Positions 10,501 through 22,223 of a stretch of 64,000 bases of DNA are shown here, in pieces. The notes beneath the pieces are model-generated. The model did no database searches, had not been told where the DNA came from, and worked only from the letters and a program-made list of their open reading frames with translations. Numbering within the stretch: position 1 is the stretch's first letter; every line of letters begins with the position of its first letter. This stretch comes from Klebsormidium nitens (taxonomy: Eukaryota > Plantae > Klebsormidiophyceae): NCBI GenBank assembly GCA_000708835.1, contig DF237240.1, positions 43,697 through 107,696 of the forward strand, given 5' to 3'. A program made the translations under genes and the position numbers.

Positions 10501-13500
10501 ACTCTCGAAGGAATTGTGAAAAAAGGCGGTAGGAGGGAGGCAACCGGCTCGACAGTCGGCAGAAGATATCCCAAACGTTGCGCGTGCGCTGAGCCGTTTT
10601 GTGAATGGAGTCCGCCTCTCTTTGAGCACTCGAACCATGCCCGGAAAATTGTTTTCTGGACCTGTCAACAGAAAGCAAGTTCAAAGGGGAAGATTAGCCG
10701 ACCAGTCGGCCACACTCATATCCATTCCTGTGTCCTGCATGCAGACCAGCCTTTCTTCCGACCTTCGCCACCTGTCCATCGTCGCCCGGGGAACTTTCGG
10801 CGTTGTCCCGGTCACTCCTCCCGGGCGGCTCAAGTCTCGAAGCGCCCCTGCTCCGAAGCCGGTACAGGGCCCCCCGGGGCTGTATATGTTGTCGGTGGAT
10901 GCGGGGCTGCTGGGGGATCGGAAGAACGAGCTGTTGCAGGTCGCCATCCAGGTGAGAAGTAGCGGTGTGTGCAGCCAATTCACCAATTGTGGACGTCTGC
11001 AAGTTACTCCGGTAATTCTCGTTTGTTTCAAGGGCCGATTGCTTTATGATACGCACCCGGGGGACGGTCGGGTTTAGTTTGGGGGTAAGGGTGGGTGCGG
11101 GTGCAAGCACGTAGTATCTTGGGTCAGGGGTTTTTAATGAAGTGCCCGGGGCTTGTGTATCCTGAAAGAGTTTCCTGTTGATGCAATCTCGACTTACCAG
11201 TATCTGCAAGTCGTCGTTTGGAAAGACTTCGGGAACTGTAGACCATGCGGTCCCCTCTTACGTTAAGGCGATGACTGCTCAGGGTCTCGTCGAGAATGTA
11301 GGATTGGGTTTGGATACTCGTAGTGTATTATAATAATGTTTTCTGCCTTCTGTTCCCCCCCAGTATCTTCACACTTTCATTCAATATCTCAGTCCACGTC
11401 CCTTTAGCTTTGCAACAACACGCATCTTTCTCTGGTCCCTGGCATCGCTGTTTCTGTCCGTGATATCAGACCCCACTCTGATCTACCGTCTCCACTCCTG
11501 CATCAGTTTTTAACTTCCATCCTCAGGCCTCGACGTGCGCCCGTCCTTGACGCCGTATCGAAGACGCTAAAACTCATATTGCAACGGCAAGATACCTATC
11601 CCCTTCGTCATCTGACTCTTACAACCGCTCCCCCGGTTGCCCCTTTCAGGCCTCCAGTATCACGACTCTCGTCGACACCGCGCAGCAAACCCTCGACGCC
11701 ATGATCAAGCAGTGGGAAGGCGCGTACGGCGACTGGAAGAAGCGCATCGTCGAACTGATCCAGATTCTAAACAAGCAAGAACGGGAGGGGTTTGAAGCAA
11801 ACCCCCGGGACGAGTTTCTGGCGCTGCTGTCGTGCGGGCTGGCAACGGCGGGGCTGCACCAGTTCCTGACGGGGGCGATGGGCGAGCAGGGGGTCAAGCG
11901 CCTCGCGAGGACCATGGACGTCGCGTGTGAGTCGTGGCTGACGTCACTCGTTTGCGCGCAACTGTCTGGTGCCGTGTGCTCCGCGTCTGTCATAGAATGA
12001 TCCATCGGCCGTTAAGGGAATATGTATTGGGCGTCTGGTTTTTGTGTGCGCATTGGGTGGAGGAGAATGCAAGCAGCAAGATGGCGGGGAACACGGAGGT
12101 TGGTGTCTGGGTTTGCTCGACGTCCTTTTTATGAGGGCGCTCTTCGGGGCAGTTTTGGCTCCCGGGAATGTATTCCTGAGGCAAGTAAGGACCAGGGAGC
12201 GGCTTTCAGTCGTTAGGACGGAACAATCTATTCCGCCTAGAGTTACTGGTCCAGGTTTGCCTCTGCAGCACACAGTAACGGAACGTTAGGCGGGGCGCAT
12301 AGTTTCCCAAGACGCTGGATTGACCACAAAACAGTGCTCTTGCCTTGCTGACGACGCTCTCGTGCCCCTCTCCCTGTTGCTGTTGTCTTCTTAGCGGCAC
12401 CGTTGGGTTGATGGCTCAGGGCGGTTCTGCTCACCCCATTCAAAGCACATGCGCACGTTAAGTGCGTCCTTTCCCGCTCAGGTGCAAACATCCACGCACT
12501 TGCGGCCGAGACGCTTCAACCGGTCCTTGAAGTGCTGACGTTCCGGTTGGGCGAGCTGCGCGGCCTTGCCCGGTGGAAGGCCCGCCTGGGGCCCCTCGGT
12601 GTGAATGAGCTCGCGCTGAACGAGCCGCTCGAGTACGCGAAGCAGACCATGGTGCACACGGAGCGGCTGCTGCGGAAGACGGCGACCATGTGCGGGGAGG
12701 TGAGCGTATTCACATCTTTGCCAGGCTGTGATCTTTTGGTGCACGCGGAACGGCTCTTGCGAACGACGGAAAGCATGAGCGGGAGGGTGAGCGTATTTAC
12801 ATCTTTCCTAGGTGCTTTGTGCACACGGAGCGGCTGCTGCGGGAAATGGCGACCATGTGCGGGGAGGTGAGTGTATTTAGAATTGGAGCCCAAGTCTGAC
12901 AACGGAGAAAACTGGTGATCGATGTGGCAAAGGCAGCAAACCTGATGGGAAGGCAACTCGTTCAGAATTGAATACGGCACAGATTCGCTGGTTCGCTTAG
13001 TGTCACGTAGCTTGCGCCAGCTTTACATTTGTAGCCACATAGTGCAGGTAGTGTCGCTTCTTTCACTGGCTACTACAAAAGTCAACCTTTGAGCATTTTC
13101 AAGAAAAATCAAAAAAGAGTGTAATCCTCGACAAACTCGTTCCGGAGTACCGCGTCCTCTTCACGCGGTTCCTCTGCCGCTCCCACAACCCGTTCGTATT
13201 GAGATCTTTCAGGAGATTGCTGTCTAAATGAACCCAGGATATCACTTGGTCCTTAAGGCCTGGCATCATCCCTTCCGCGTCTTCTTCGCTTGGCTCCTCG
13301 CCTGAGTCACGCTTTTCCGCATAACAACTCCACTCACTGCAATGCCACTCAATCATTCCAAGCAGTACCGCTCCTTTCAGTGGCTTCGTCCGACGACCGA
13401 TTGATTTCGCATCATGTATGAAGGATTTCAACTCCCAACATACTCTTGTTGCATTATCGCGTCTTCTTCACGTGGCTCCTCCGCTGCATCAAGATGCCTA

Positions 13501-16500
13501 GACAATCTGGGCCTTTATAACGAGACCTCTTAGAAACTTATAAACGATTCTAAATTCGCTGAAGATTTCAACTTTCGACGGCCCACGAATTGGCAGTTTT
13601 TTCGGAACGCGCCCAGCATGTTTCTTACATCTGTTTCTTACATCCTTACGTCCTGGCATCCCTCCGCAGTACCGCGTCTTCTTCACGTGGCTCCTCCGCT
13701 GCATCAAGACGCTCAACCAGGAGCCCCTCCCCGCGCCCACTGCCAACGACGCCCTGCCCCCCGTCAGCACCGAAGCGGTCGCCGACTTTCTGCAGCCCAA
13801 GTTCGACTGGGACCCTTTGGCTGATCTGCTCAGCCGAAAAGACATGGACCCGTTACCGGCGATGGACGAGCAAGGAAAGGAGTTGATGCAAGGGTTGGCG
13901 GCCATGGGGGGTTTCCAGGATTACATGTTCCTGCACAACAGCTTGCGACAACAGCTGCAACGACTAAGGCACGGGTGAGATGGTTAGTCTTACTTGGCGT
14001 GTTTGAGTCTCTTTTGCTGGTGTAGTGCCTCAAAAGTTGCTTGTGAATTCTGGTCTTCAGTGACAGGTTTGTTGGTGTAGTGCCTGAGATTGGACGTAGA
14101 CACCGGTTCTGGTTAGAAACAATGCGCTTCTAAATTCAAAGGTTCCAAGGTTTCGACCACCGGTAGTCAGAATTTGGCAGTGCCTTTGCAGAACGCGGTC
14201 GCAGAGGAGTTCCTCTGCTCAACCAGCTTGTTCACTTGTCCCGAGAACTCGCCTTCAGCTCGTGAGAAGGAAGCTTCACGGCGTAGCAATCCGTTTCATT
14301 CCACCGCGGCTCGAAACACCACATGAAGTAAGCTCTTCGCAGAGCGGCAACAGATTCAGAACAGCGCAAAGAAGACGAGATGATGTCAGAACTCTCGACG
14401 TTCCCGCACATCATCCCAACCCCCTCCTCGAAAATCTCCGGATCCTCTTCCTTTTCCGCAGGTGCGACGTCGCTCTATCCCTCCCGTGCAAGGTCACCTC
14501 GTCCGCTCTCCGCATCACAAGCACGGTCCTTCTCTGCCCGTCCCCCTCCGGAGCTTCTGACCCCGCAAAGAGGCCCATGCTGACGTCAGCCTTCGTGAAA
14601 GCGCCGGCGGCGCGTGCCGACTCCAACGCGGAGGCGTCGACGGGCATGGAAGAGGACGAGGAGATGGGGAAGGGACCCTGGGAGTACTGGTGCTTGAAGC
14701 CAGGTAGGATTGCGACGTCCCCGAACTCAGGAATTCGAAGCTGTTGGGTTTTGCAGTCCAACTTGCAGGGATCGCGGGGTAGAGAACTGGAAGTCAGAAT
14801 ACTGGGTAAGAATTGGGAGAGTACTGAGGAGTAGATTTGTGGGATAGCTAGTGACTTGCAGGATCTCGTGGGTCGGACACTGTTGTTGGTGCTGAAAACC
14901 CAACATGAAAAGTCCAACATATCCAGTCACACCCATCTGTTGCTCAGAGAAAATGAGTCGGAGTCGATAGAATGGGCTTCAGGGATACTAACAACAGCAT
15001 CGTTTTTAATGCTTCAGCGGAAGCGTTAATCTGCGCTTTGAGGCTTGGGCTCAGTCTCCGTCGTCTTCCAGCTCAATACTGCAGGGGCGGCTCTGGTAGT
15101 CCTTGTGTTGACCAGATGGGTGCACTTAGACGCTATCCAACAGTAGACAGCCTTTTCGAGCTCGTTCAACATTCTTCCCGAATCAACCCGGAAGCCGCCT
15201 TCCTCAAAGCACAGCAAGAAGCACGTTCAGTCACCATACTTGGAATTTGATACCGGCTTCACCAGATTGCCTCTTCTGAGTTGCTCACAATCTGGCAGTT
15301 GAAGGCACTTCTCACAAGATTTCATCATCCGTAGCATGTGCAGGAGCGAACGCCGGTGACGCCGCTTCGTCATGCGACCCCCAGCACTCTCGACCCCTGC
15401 TCGTGCTCCGGAGACGGCCACCCAGGGACGGACACGTGTCGCCCGAAGACTGGCCGGCCGCTGCCCGCGAGATCACCCCTTTGGATCCGGAGAGCTTCTC
15501 CTTTGACGCCAGCCCGCAAACCGACCGGCAGTGGAAAGAACTGGCGGCGCTGAAAGTCCCGGTGTGGACGCAGAAAGGAAGTCTGGTGCCGTACGATGAC
15601 CGAGCGTTCGAAGCAGTAGCGGTAGCGCTGGGGAACTGGCCGGGCAACGGAGGGAAGACGATCGTCGATTTGGGGTTCTACAAGGTGATTCTATGGTCCG
15701 AGATAAAAGCTATTTCCCCTCGTTCGTGTTGTTTGGCGGGGGATAACTAGCATTTTTTGATATAAGAAGCGCTGAGCAAAATGGTGCTTCTGGCCTTAGT
15801 TGCTCGGTTCAATTGGTGAACGCCCAACTTCTGCTTTTCCTTTCACGTGAGATCCGGACAAGTTTACGCAAATTCTGCAATCTTGCTGTACTGCAAAAGT
15901 GCTGTTTCTTGGTCTGCCCTAGCCTCTCTTTTCCTGTTTCCTTCGACTACCTTGCTGAAATCTGCTACAGTAGCTTGCGCAAGGCAGGCAGGCCACCCTT
16001 CTCAAACTCAAACCAGAGCTGCTGTCAGCCTGGCATTGTCGAGGTGCAAGCGGCGTTGCCCTTGCCCGCGGGGGGCGTTTCCCTCTCTATATGTTCTCCC
16101 TCCAACATTTTCTGCAAAGGCTCTCCTTTTGGGACCGTGATCTTGACTGACGTAATATGGTACAATTCCGCAGGACGGCGAGATCGCCGTTCTTGTCCGG
16201 GACGAGTCTCCGGACGCTCGGTCGTGGCTGCTGCTGCTGCCCACGGGCGACCTCCCCTTTGCTCCGGTCGGGAATACGCTCGTGGACAAGGAACCGATGG
16301 CGCTGCTCGCGCTCTGTTTGGAGACGGTGAGCGAAGCAGACTCTAGCAGTTTGTGATTCTTGGGCTTGCCATTTTGATTCTGATCTTGAAATCCTGTACC
16401 GCAGGTTGGCTTCCCCTTTTTTAGCTCGCCTAGATTTATGTATCTGCTTGGGGGCCTTCTGGTGATCCGCCGTTATTATCTGGCGAATGCTTTTGAATCT

Positions 16501-17547
16501 CTGTTGGGTTAACTGGGATCTTTTGGAGACCCAACCGGGATTTTGTGGGAGAGTGCCTAGTTGCACTCTTGTGAAGATGGTCTGTTGATACTTTACCGGC
16601 GTCCTTCTCGGTACAGTGTGTTAGTGCCCTTGGCATACAACGATTCTTAAACCGAAACGCTGGATAAGTTCTTACGCCGTCTACCATACAACAGAAGACG
16701 ACATAATCGATACACTTTGCTCGAGACATTCACCCCTGCGGACCTCTAGGAGGGATGTACCTGAGAAGGAACAGTCATTCAAACCCTAAGCAACCGTAAT
16801 AGCCCCGCGCGTTGTTGGACGGTAAACTGCTGGCCACGTAGAGTGGGTCAGTTTTTCCGGTGCGCAGACTGCTCAATCGTGTCTGTTTTGCAGGAGGCTA
16901 TTCACACCGTCGACTGGGGTGAAGGCAAGCTGAGAGAGCTGTCGCTGCATGCCGCCATCACGCCCCTAGCCGTCAGCGGTACGTTTTTCCGTCTCGAGCA
17001 CTTTTTTCATCACTTGCTTTGCTTGAAGCTCCCAAAGCTGGCCGTCTCTTGTTTGAATAGTGGACAGAGCTGGCCGAAACACCGGCCCCGTGATACTGCT
17101 GGAGTGTCTCTTCCGCTATGCTTGTTCAAAAGTTAGATTCGGCCAAATTTTGTGTGGCGAAAGTAGGAGCTGGTGTCCCAGAGCAGGGGGGAAAGGTCCT
17201 GATGTCTGACAGATCTGTACCAGTGTCTTCATGACTTGGCATTCCATTTTGGCTTCCAGGAGTCGTGCAAATGGCCCTAATGATATTTGATACCACGATA
17301 TTTGGTTTCCTTTTGTTTCGTTTATTTTGTAATCACGCTGATTTGGTCCTGTCATCCAGTCATTGCAATGGCCTGCATCGGGGACGTGAAACGTCATTGG
17401 TGATTTTGTTGCTTTCTAAATCACTAACGCATATCTTGTTTCTAACCTTTTGCAGGAAAGCGTGGCGTCGCTTGCGTATCTGCTGGACATCGGCGCATTC
17501 TACTGTACGACTTGGAGGATTCCGAGAGCAACGAAGACGAGATCTGA
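7507..17547 (+). CDS. APC4: Anaphase-promoting complex subunit 4, ~14 exons
   Basis: Approximate exons: 7507-7608, 8325-8436, 8787-8878, 9265-9348, 9716-10060, 10745-10951, 11650-11926, 12482-12699, 13670-~13975, 14461-14702, ~15337-15624, ~16173-16327, 16894-16978, 17456-17547. They give APC4 motifs: [62 protein letters not shown], and C-terminal RGVACV..RRILLYDLE. Confidence 0.93.
12652..12880 (+). repeat. Three tandem copies (87 and 80 bp period) of an APC4 exon end plus splice donor
   Basis: GTGCAC(A/G)CGGA(G/A)CGGCT...G(G)GGAG(G)|GTGAG(C/T)GTATT starts at 12652, 12739 and 12819. Confidence 0.9.
13146..13494 (+). repeat. Intronic echoes of the start of the APC4 exon at 13670
   Basis: 13455-13494 is a 40-nt near-perfect copy of TACCGCGTCTTCTTCACGTGGCTCCTCCGCTGCATCAAGA. 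More degenerate copies lie at ~13146, ~13275 and ~13365. Confidence 0.8.
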
Positions 17548-18931
17548 AACCTATGTGGCAAGTGCTAGATAGTAAACAGCCGGACAATTGCCGAGCCACA
17601 AATGTCTTCACTGGAATCGCAGTACTAGATGACTCGAGCATTGAAACATGCAAGAATCTGCGCCATGACCATTTTATATATCTGAGCATGACTTGGATCT
17701 CCAACATTCATTGGCTCAGCTCAACATGTACCGTAGTCGGACAGCGGCTATACTTTGTTTAGCAATGCAAGCGACAAACAGAACTTAGAAGCCGTTCTCG
17801 CTCAGCGTGCAGTCATGTTCAGCATTTTCTTCCATTTTGGTATGGCTTCTCAGCGCCAAATGATTGCAATTTGCAATGTGTGGCCACCTGCATTTATACT
17901 GGATGGCAATCGGAATCCATCTTTATCCTTTTCTTAAAAGCGCAAAGCTTGATAGCCGTTGGACAGAGAGGATGTTGCGATCGGACGGTTCATAGAGAAT
18001 GAGAAAAGGTCTTTTACCGTGATCCAAGACCGGTCAAATATTTGTGGCGGATGTGGGGGGCCATTCTTCAGGATTTTGGCTCGGCGCCCTCCCAAAACTG
18101 GCCCCCCGGTTGACCCCGAGCATCATGCCCGGAAGTTCCGGGGGGATTCTTCTCTTCCTTGTGGAATCTTCTCAAGCGAGTCAAGGTGCTCATCGGTGAC
18201 TGCAGTTCGAGTCTCGACTCCCCTTTCGAAGGTTCAAAAGTTCGATACCGACCGCACCTTTGTCGGTACAAACTGCCATGCGTTCCCGGTTGCCCCCCCT
18301 AGCTTTTCGCACATGTGTTGTGGCCCCGGTAGTGTGTTGTCGCCGCCGGCGGCCAGCAATTTACGGGAGAGGGTACATTTACGCTGAGATCTGGGCGACT
18401 CTTGTGACCGGCCGAAGTTATCAGTCGCTTGTACGGTCACCGACTGAGATCAACTTGTGCCCCTGGTACGGTACACGGTACCTACCTGTTCCCCTATCAC
18501 CTCCCAAGGCGACCAGGGCAAGGTTCGACGACTAATGACATGTCGACCGGCTTGTATTCTGTCGCCGGGGCCACTCGTCGAACGTCCGCCAGCTTGGGGC
18601 GAGCATTTGGGACACGTTCGTCGTGCATGCTCTGGAAAGTGCACCCCGAAGTTTTGCCAGCTGGGGAGACGGTGCATGGCGCTGTGTGAATCGTGGACGA
18701 AGCTGGGCAGGAAGTCGATGAGCTGACGCGGCGGCGCCCTTGCATTTCATTGGGGAACGAAGGGTTCAGTCGCATTGCATCGTTGAGGGAAGCGCCATTA
18801 CCGCCAAGCCTTCCTCATTTGACCCTGAGAGCATTTTGATAGTGCTTAGGCCTTGGGGAGGCCTTAAGAGCAGGCCTTTGAGAGCAGGCCCTTCGTTCCT
18901 CCACTCTCTGAGGGTAGGCGCCAGAGAAGTT

Positions 18932-20847
18932 ATGGCCATGGCGTCCTGCAAAGCCTTCAGCACTTTGGGGTCATCGCTCGCTCTAGGGCCCCTCAGATCC
19001 CAGTCCGCTGGTTTTGCTGCCCCGTCGAAGCCGGTAGCGCTGCCAGGTTTTCGAAATAGTGTCGGCGGTGATCTCCAGGTCGAGCTGCGGAAACGGTTGG
19101 AGTGCTCTTGCCCCGCCGTCCGGCCGTGTGCGCACCAGGGCGCCAGCCCGACCTCCTCTGTTGTGCACGACGTCCGAGATGCAGACAGCGAGAGCGCACA
19201 ACTAGAGCGGGTGCAGAACTTCAAGGAGTTGTTTGACCGGAGCCTGGCGTTGAGGCCGAGGGAGCGAGTGGAGCGAGTGGTGCCCGTGCCTGACTACGAC
19301 TCGGATGGCACGGGCGAGCAACGGTGGCCGGAAAAGGAAGAGGGGGTAGCTGAGGGGCCTGCCTGCGGACGCCCTGAAGTGGACCTTGGACAGCCGTCCG
19401 ACTGGCTCTGGCAAGAGATCCGTGCCGAGGCGCGCAGGGACTCCGACGCTGAACCTGCACTCGCTAGTTTCCTGTACTCCACGATCCTTGCGCATGGATC
19501 TCTTGAGCGGGCGCTAGCTTTCCATCTAGCTAATAAGCTGTCCTCCAGCACTCTTCTAGGCACGCAGCTCTTCACCATCATCGCAGATAGCTTCTCAGCA
19601 GATCCGGACTTGTGGGATGCGGTCAAAGCTGACATCTGCGCTGTCAAAGACCGGGATGCAGCATGCACAAGCTACTCCCATTGCCTCCTCTACTTCAAGG
19701 GCTTCCTAGCATGCCAGGCGTACAGAGTGTCCCATAGGCTATGGAACCAGGGCCGCATTTACATGGCGCTCACGATCCAGAGCAGAGTTTCAGAAACCTT
19801 TCACGTAGATTTTCACCCGGCCGCCAGGATAGGAAAAGGAGTGCTTTTTGACCATGCCACGGGGGTGGTTGTCGGGGAGACGGCACAGATTGGAAACAAT
19901 GTGTCAATTCTGCACCATGTGACGTTGGGAGGGTCAGGCACGCTGGCAAAAGTGCGGCATCCGATCGTGCATGATGGGGTCCTGATTGGGGCAGGTGCAA
20001 CTCTACTCGGGCCGATCGTTATAGGAGAAGGTGAGCAGTTTGCTGCTGATCATGTTTTTCCCTTGGTTCAGTAAGTGTGGAAGTCTTTTTGGCTTGTATC
20101 TTTCATTTACCCTGCTAAAAGGTTGTTATGCAGAGACCATCAGCGAGCAAAGACAGCAGCCAGAGTTGTGAAAGTTGCCCGCTTGGTCGGCTCGACTCGC
20201 AAGGATTCTGGTCGTTCTTTTGAGGGAACAATGTGCAAGTTTTGTCTCCTTGGTGCATTGTCAGCACGTCATACTGCATTAGATGTAGACGCACATCTCG
20301 CACAGAGATCTAAACGCTCTTACTTCGTCTGCTTGAGAATGAATCTGGGGTATCAGCATTCTGGTGGTAGATTGAGACAGGATAGGACTTTAGACTGGAT
20401 CGCTTTTCTAGGTCAAATGCAGGTATCACTAGTGTCAAAACAATGAGTGGCAGAAAACGTCTGGTTTTTCTGCTGCATCTATGCACAGCATGCCTACAGT
20501 GATAGTTTCTTGCGCTCACCCTCCCTTTTCCGAGTTTACCCCTGAATCAAGCATTTGGAATCTCGACAAGAGGAGCTGCAATAAAATGGTTGTTTCCATG
20601 GCAGAAAGTTCGAAGTGCATAGGCAGCATCTGAATTATGCTGACTGTCGTTCCCTCTTCTATCTTCAGGAGCCAAAATTGGAGCGTGCTCAGTAGTCCTG
20701 ACTGACGTGCCTCCACACACCACTGCTGTTGGGAATCCGGCGCGGCTCATGGGCGGCAAGACGAACCCAACTCAGCTGAAGGAGGTTCCGAGCGAGAGTA
20801 TGGATCATACGTCTTTCATTGAGAATTGGTCGGACTATATTATATGA
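18932..20847 (+). CDS. SERAT: Serine acetyltransferase (plant type, N-terminal organellar-targeting-like extension); exons 18932-20030 and 20669-20847
   Basis: Motifs LWQEIRAEAR..EPALASFLYSTIL, FKGFLACQAYRVSHRLW, DFHPAARIGKGVLFDHATGVVVGETA, and RHPIVHDGVLIGAGA. The spliced C-terminus is ...HTSFIENWSDYII*, the typical plant SAT tail. Confidence 0.96.
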
Positions 20848-22223
20848 GGTTGCTAAGGCAGTATAAGTAGGCGAGATGTTATCTAGGTTGGCAGGGTAAT
20901 GGCGAAGAATAGTGGCAAGCTCTCTAGTTTTAGAGGTAGAGATGGTGAGATCTACAGACATTGAGGAGACAGCGCGATATACAGAGATTGGGGTGTAGCC
21001 AGTCAAGTCCCCGGTGTAGAGGCAAAGCAGATGCACCGGAACACAGAGTTTTTGAATGTCACGGGCAAAGAATTGTTGAAATGGAAGAGCCTTTTGTGCA
21101 AGTAAGGCTTTTGATGATGACTTTCCGATCAGTTTATTGTTTCATAAAATCGGATGCCGCTTTAAGGTAGCATGTCAGCGTCCATTTCTGCTTCTTGGCA
21201 TGTGGATTATTTATAATTCTTATGGTATACTGTAATCACCATGCCCTTTATCTGAGAGCTATTTCGTATTGAAGCATGAAAGACGGAACAAGTGTCTGAC
21301 TTAAATCCTCCAGATAGAATCATTCTTGCTATCTTGACCGGACCGCAAGTGGTGAGAATGCTTCCGGCTCTGCCATTCGTATTGCCTAGGCCAGGCTTAC
21401 GCCCCTATGCATAGATTCATGCTGAAGCTGACATGCTCAGAATCCTCATATGATGTACTTAGTGACTGTGACAACCATACATCTCATGTAGATGTCTTCT
21501 TTCATTGAAAGACATGTACCTGCAATTGCATGCCATATATATATATCCACATGCATGTACATGCTGATATGCATGGCACGCAATTAGTTGTCAAGCTAAT
21601 CTGCATGGTACGTATAGAATGTGCTGCCGCAATTTGATAAGATACGTGCCAGATATACATATTGCCGTCAAGCTGCAATACAGTTTTAGCACCTGCGCTC
21701 GGAGACATGGTTTGATCGAATTAATTAGTTAGTAGGACATTATGCCGTCGGCCGTCAGAGCCGGCCATGCATTATAATGGTACGTAGTCATGTTCATGTG
21801 CATGCTGTCGGAAGCATGCCATGGCAGCTCGGCAATACTAATTCAAGTTCTCAAATTTGGCCAGCACGCACCTTAAAATTTATTGGCCCATGGAATTGCG
21901 CGGCCCAAACAATGTGGAAATTGCCTGCTACCTACGATAACGACAGGTCACTCCATGCAATACTTAAAGTCAACACATGTGGAATCAGTGTGATATTGCA
22001 TAGGAAGTTTGGTATGACAGCCGTAATTCTACTGTTTATATCTTGTGATCCTCGGGACTCGCAATGTGCGTACCAGCGTACCAGCGCGTACCTCTGCTAA
22101 ACTCTGACGGGTATTTGAACCATTTGAAGCCTATCTGAGCACTAGCGCCGAACTCAAAACGGGTCAAAATTGACTGCGTGCCTAAGAATAGTTTGCGTGC
22201 ATTTATAAATATGATTTCACCAG

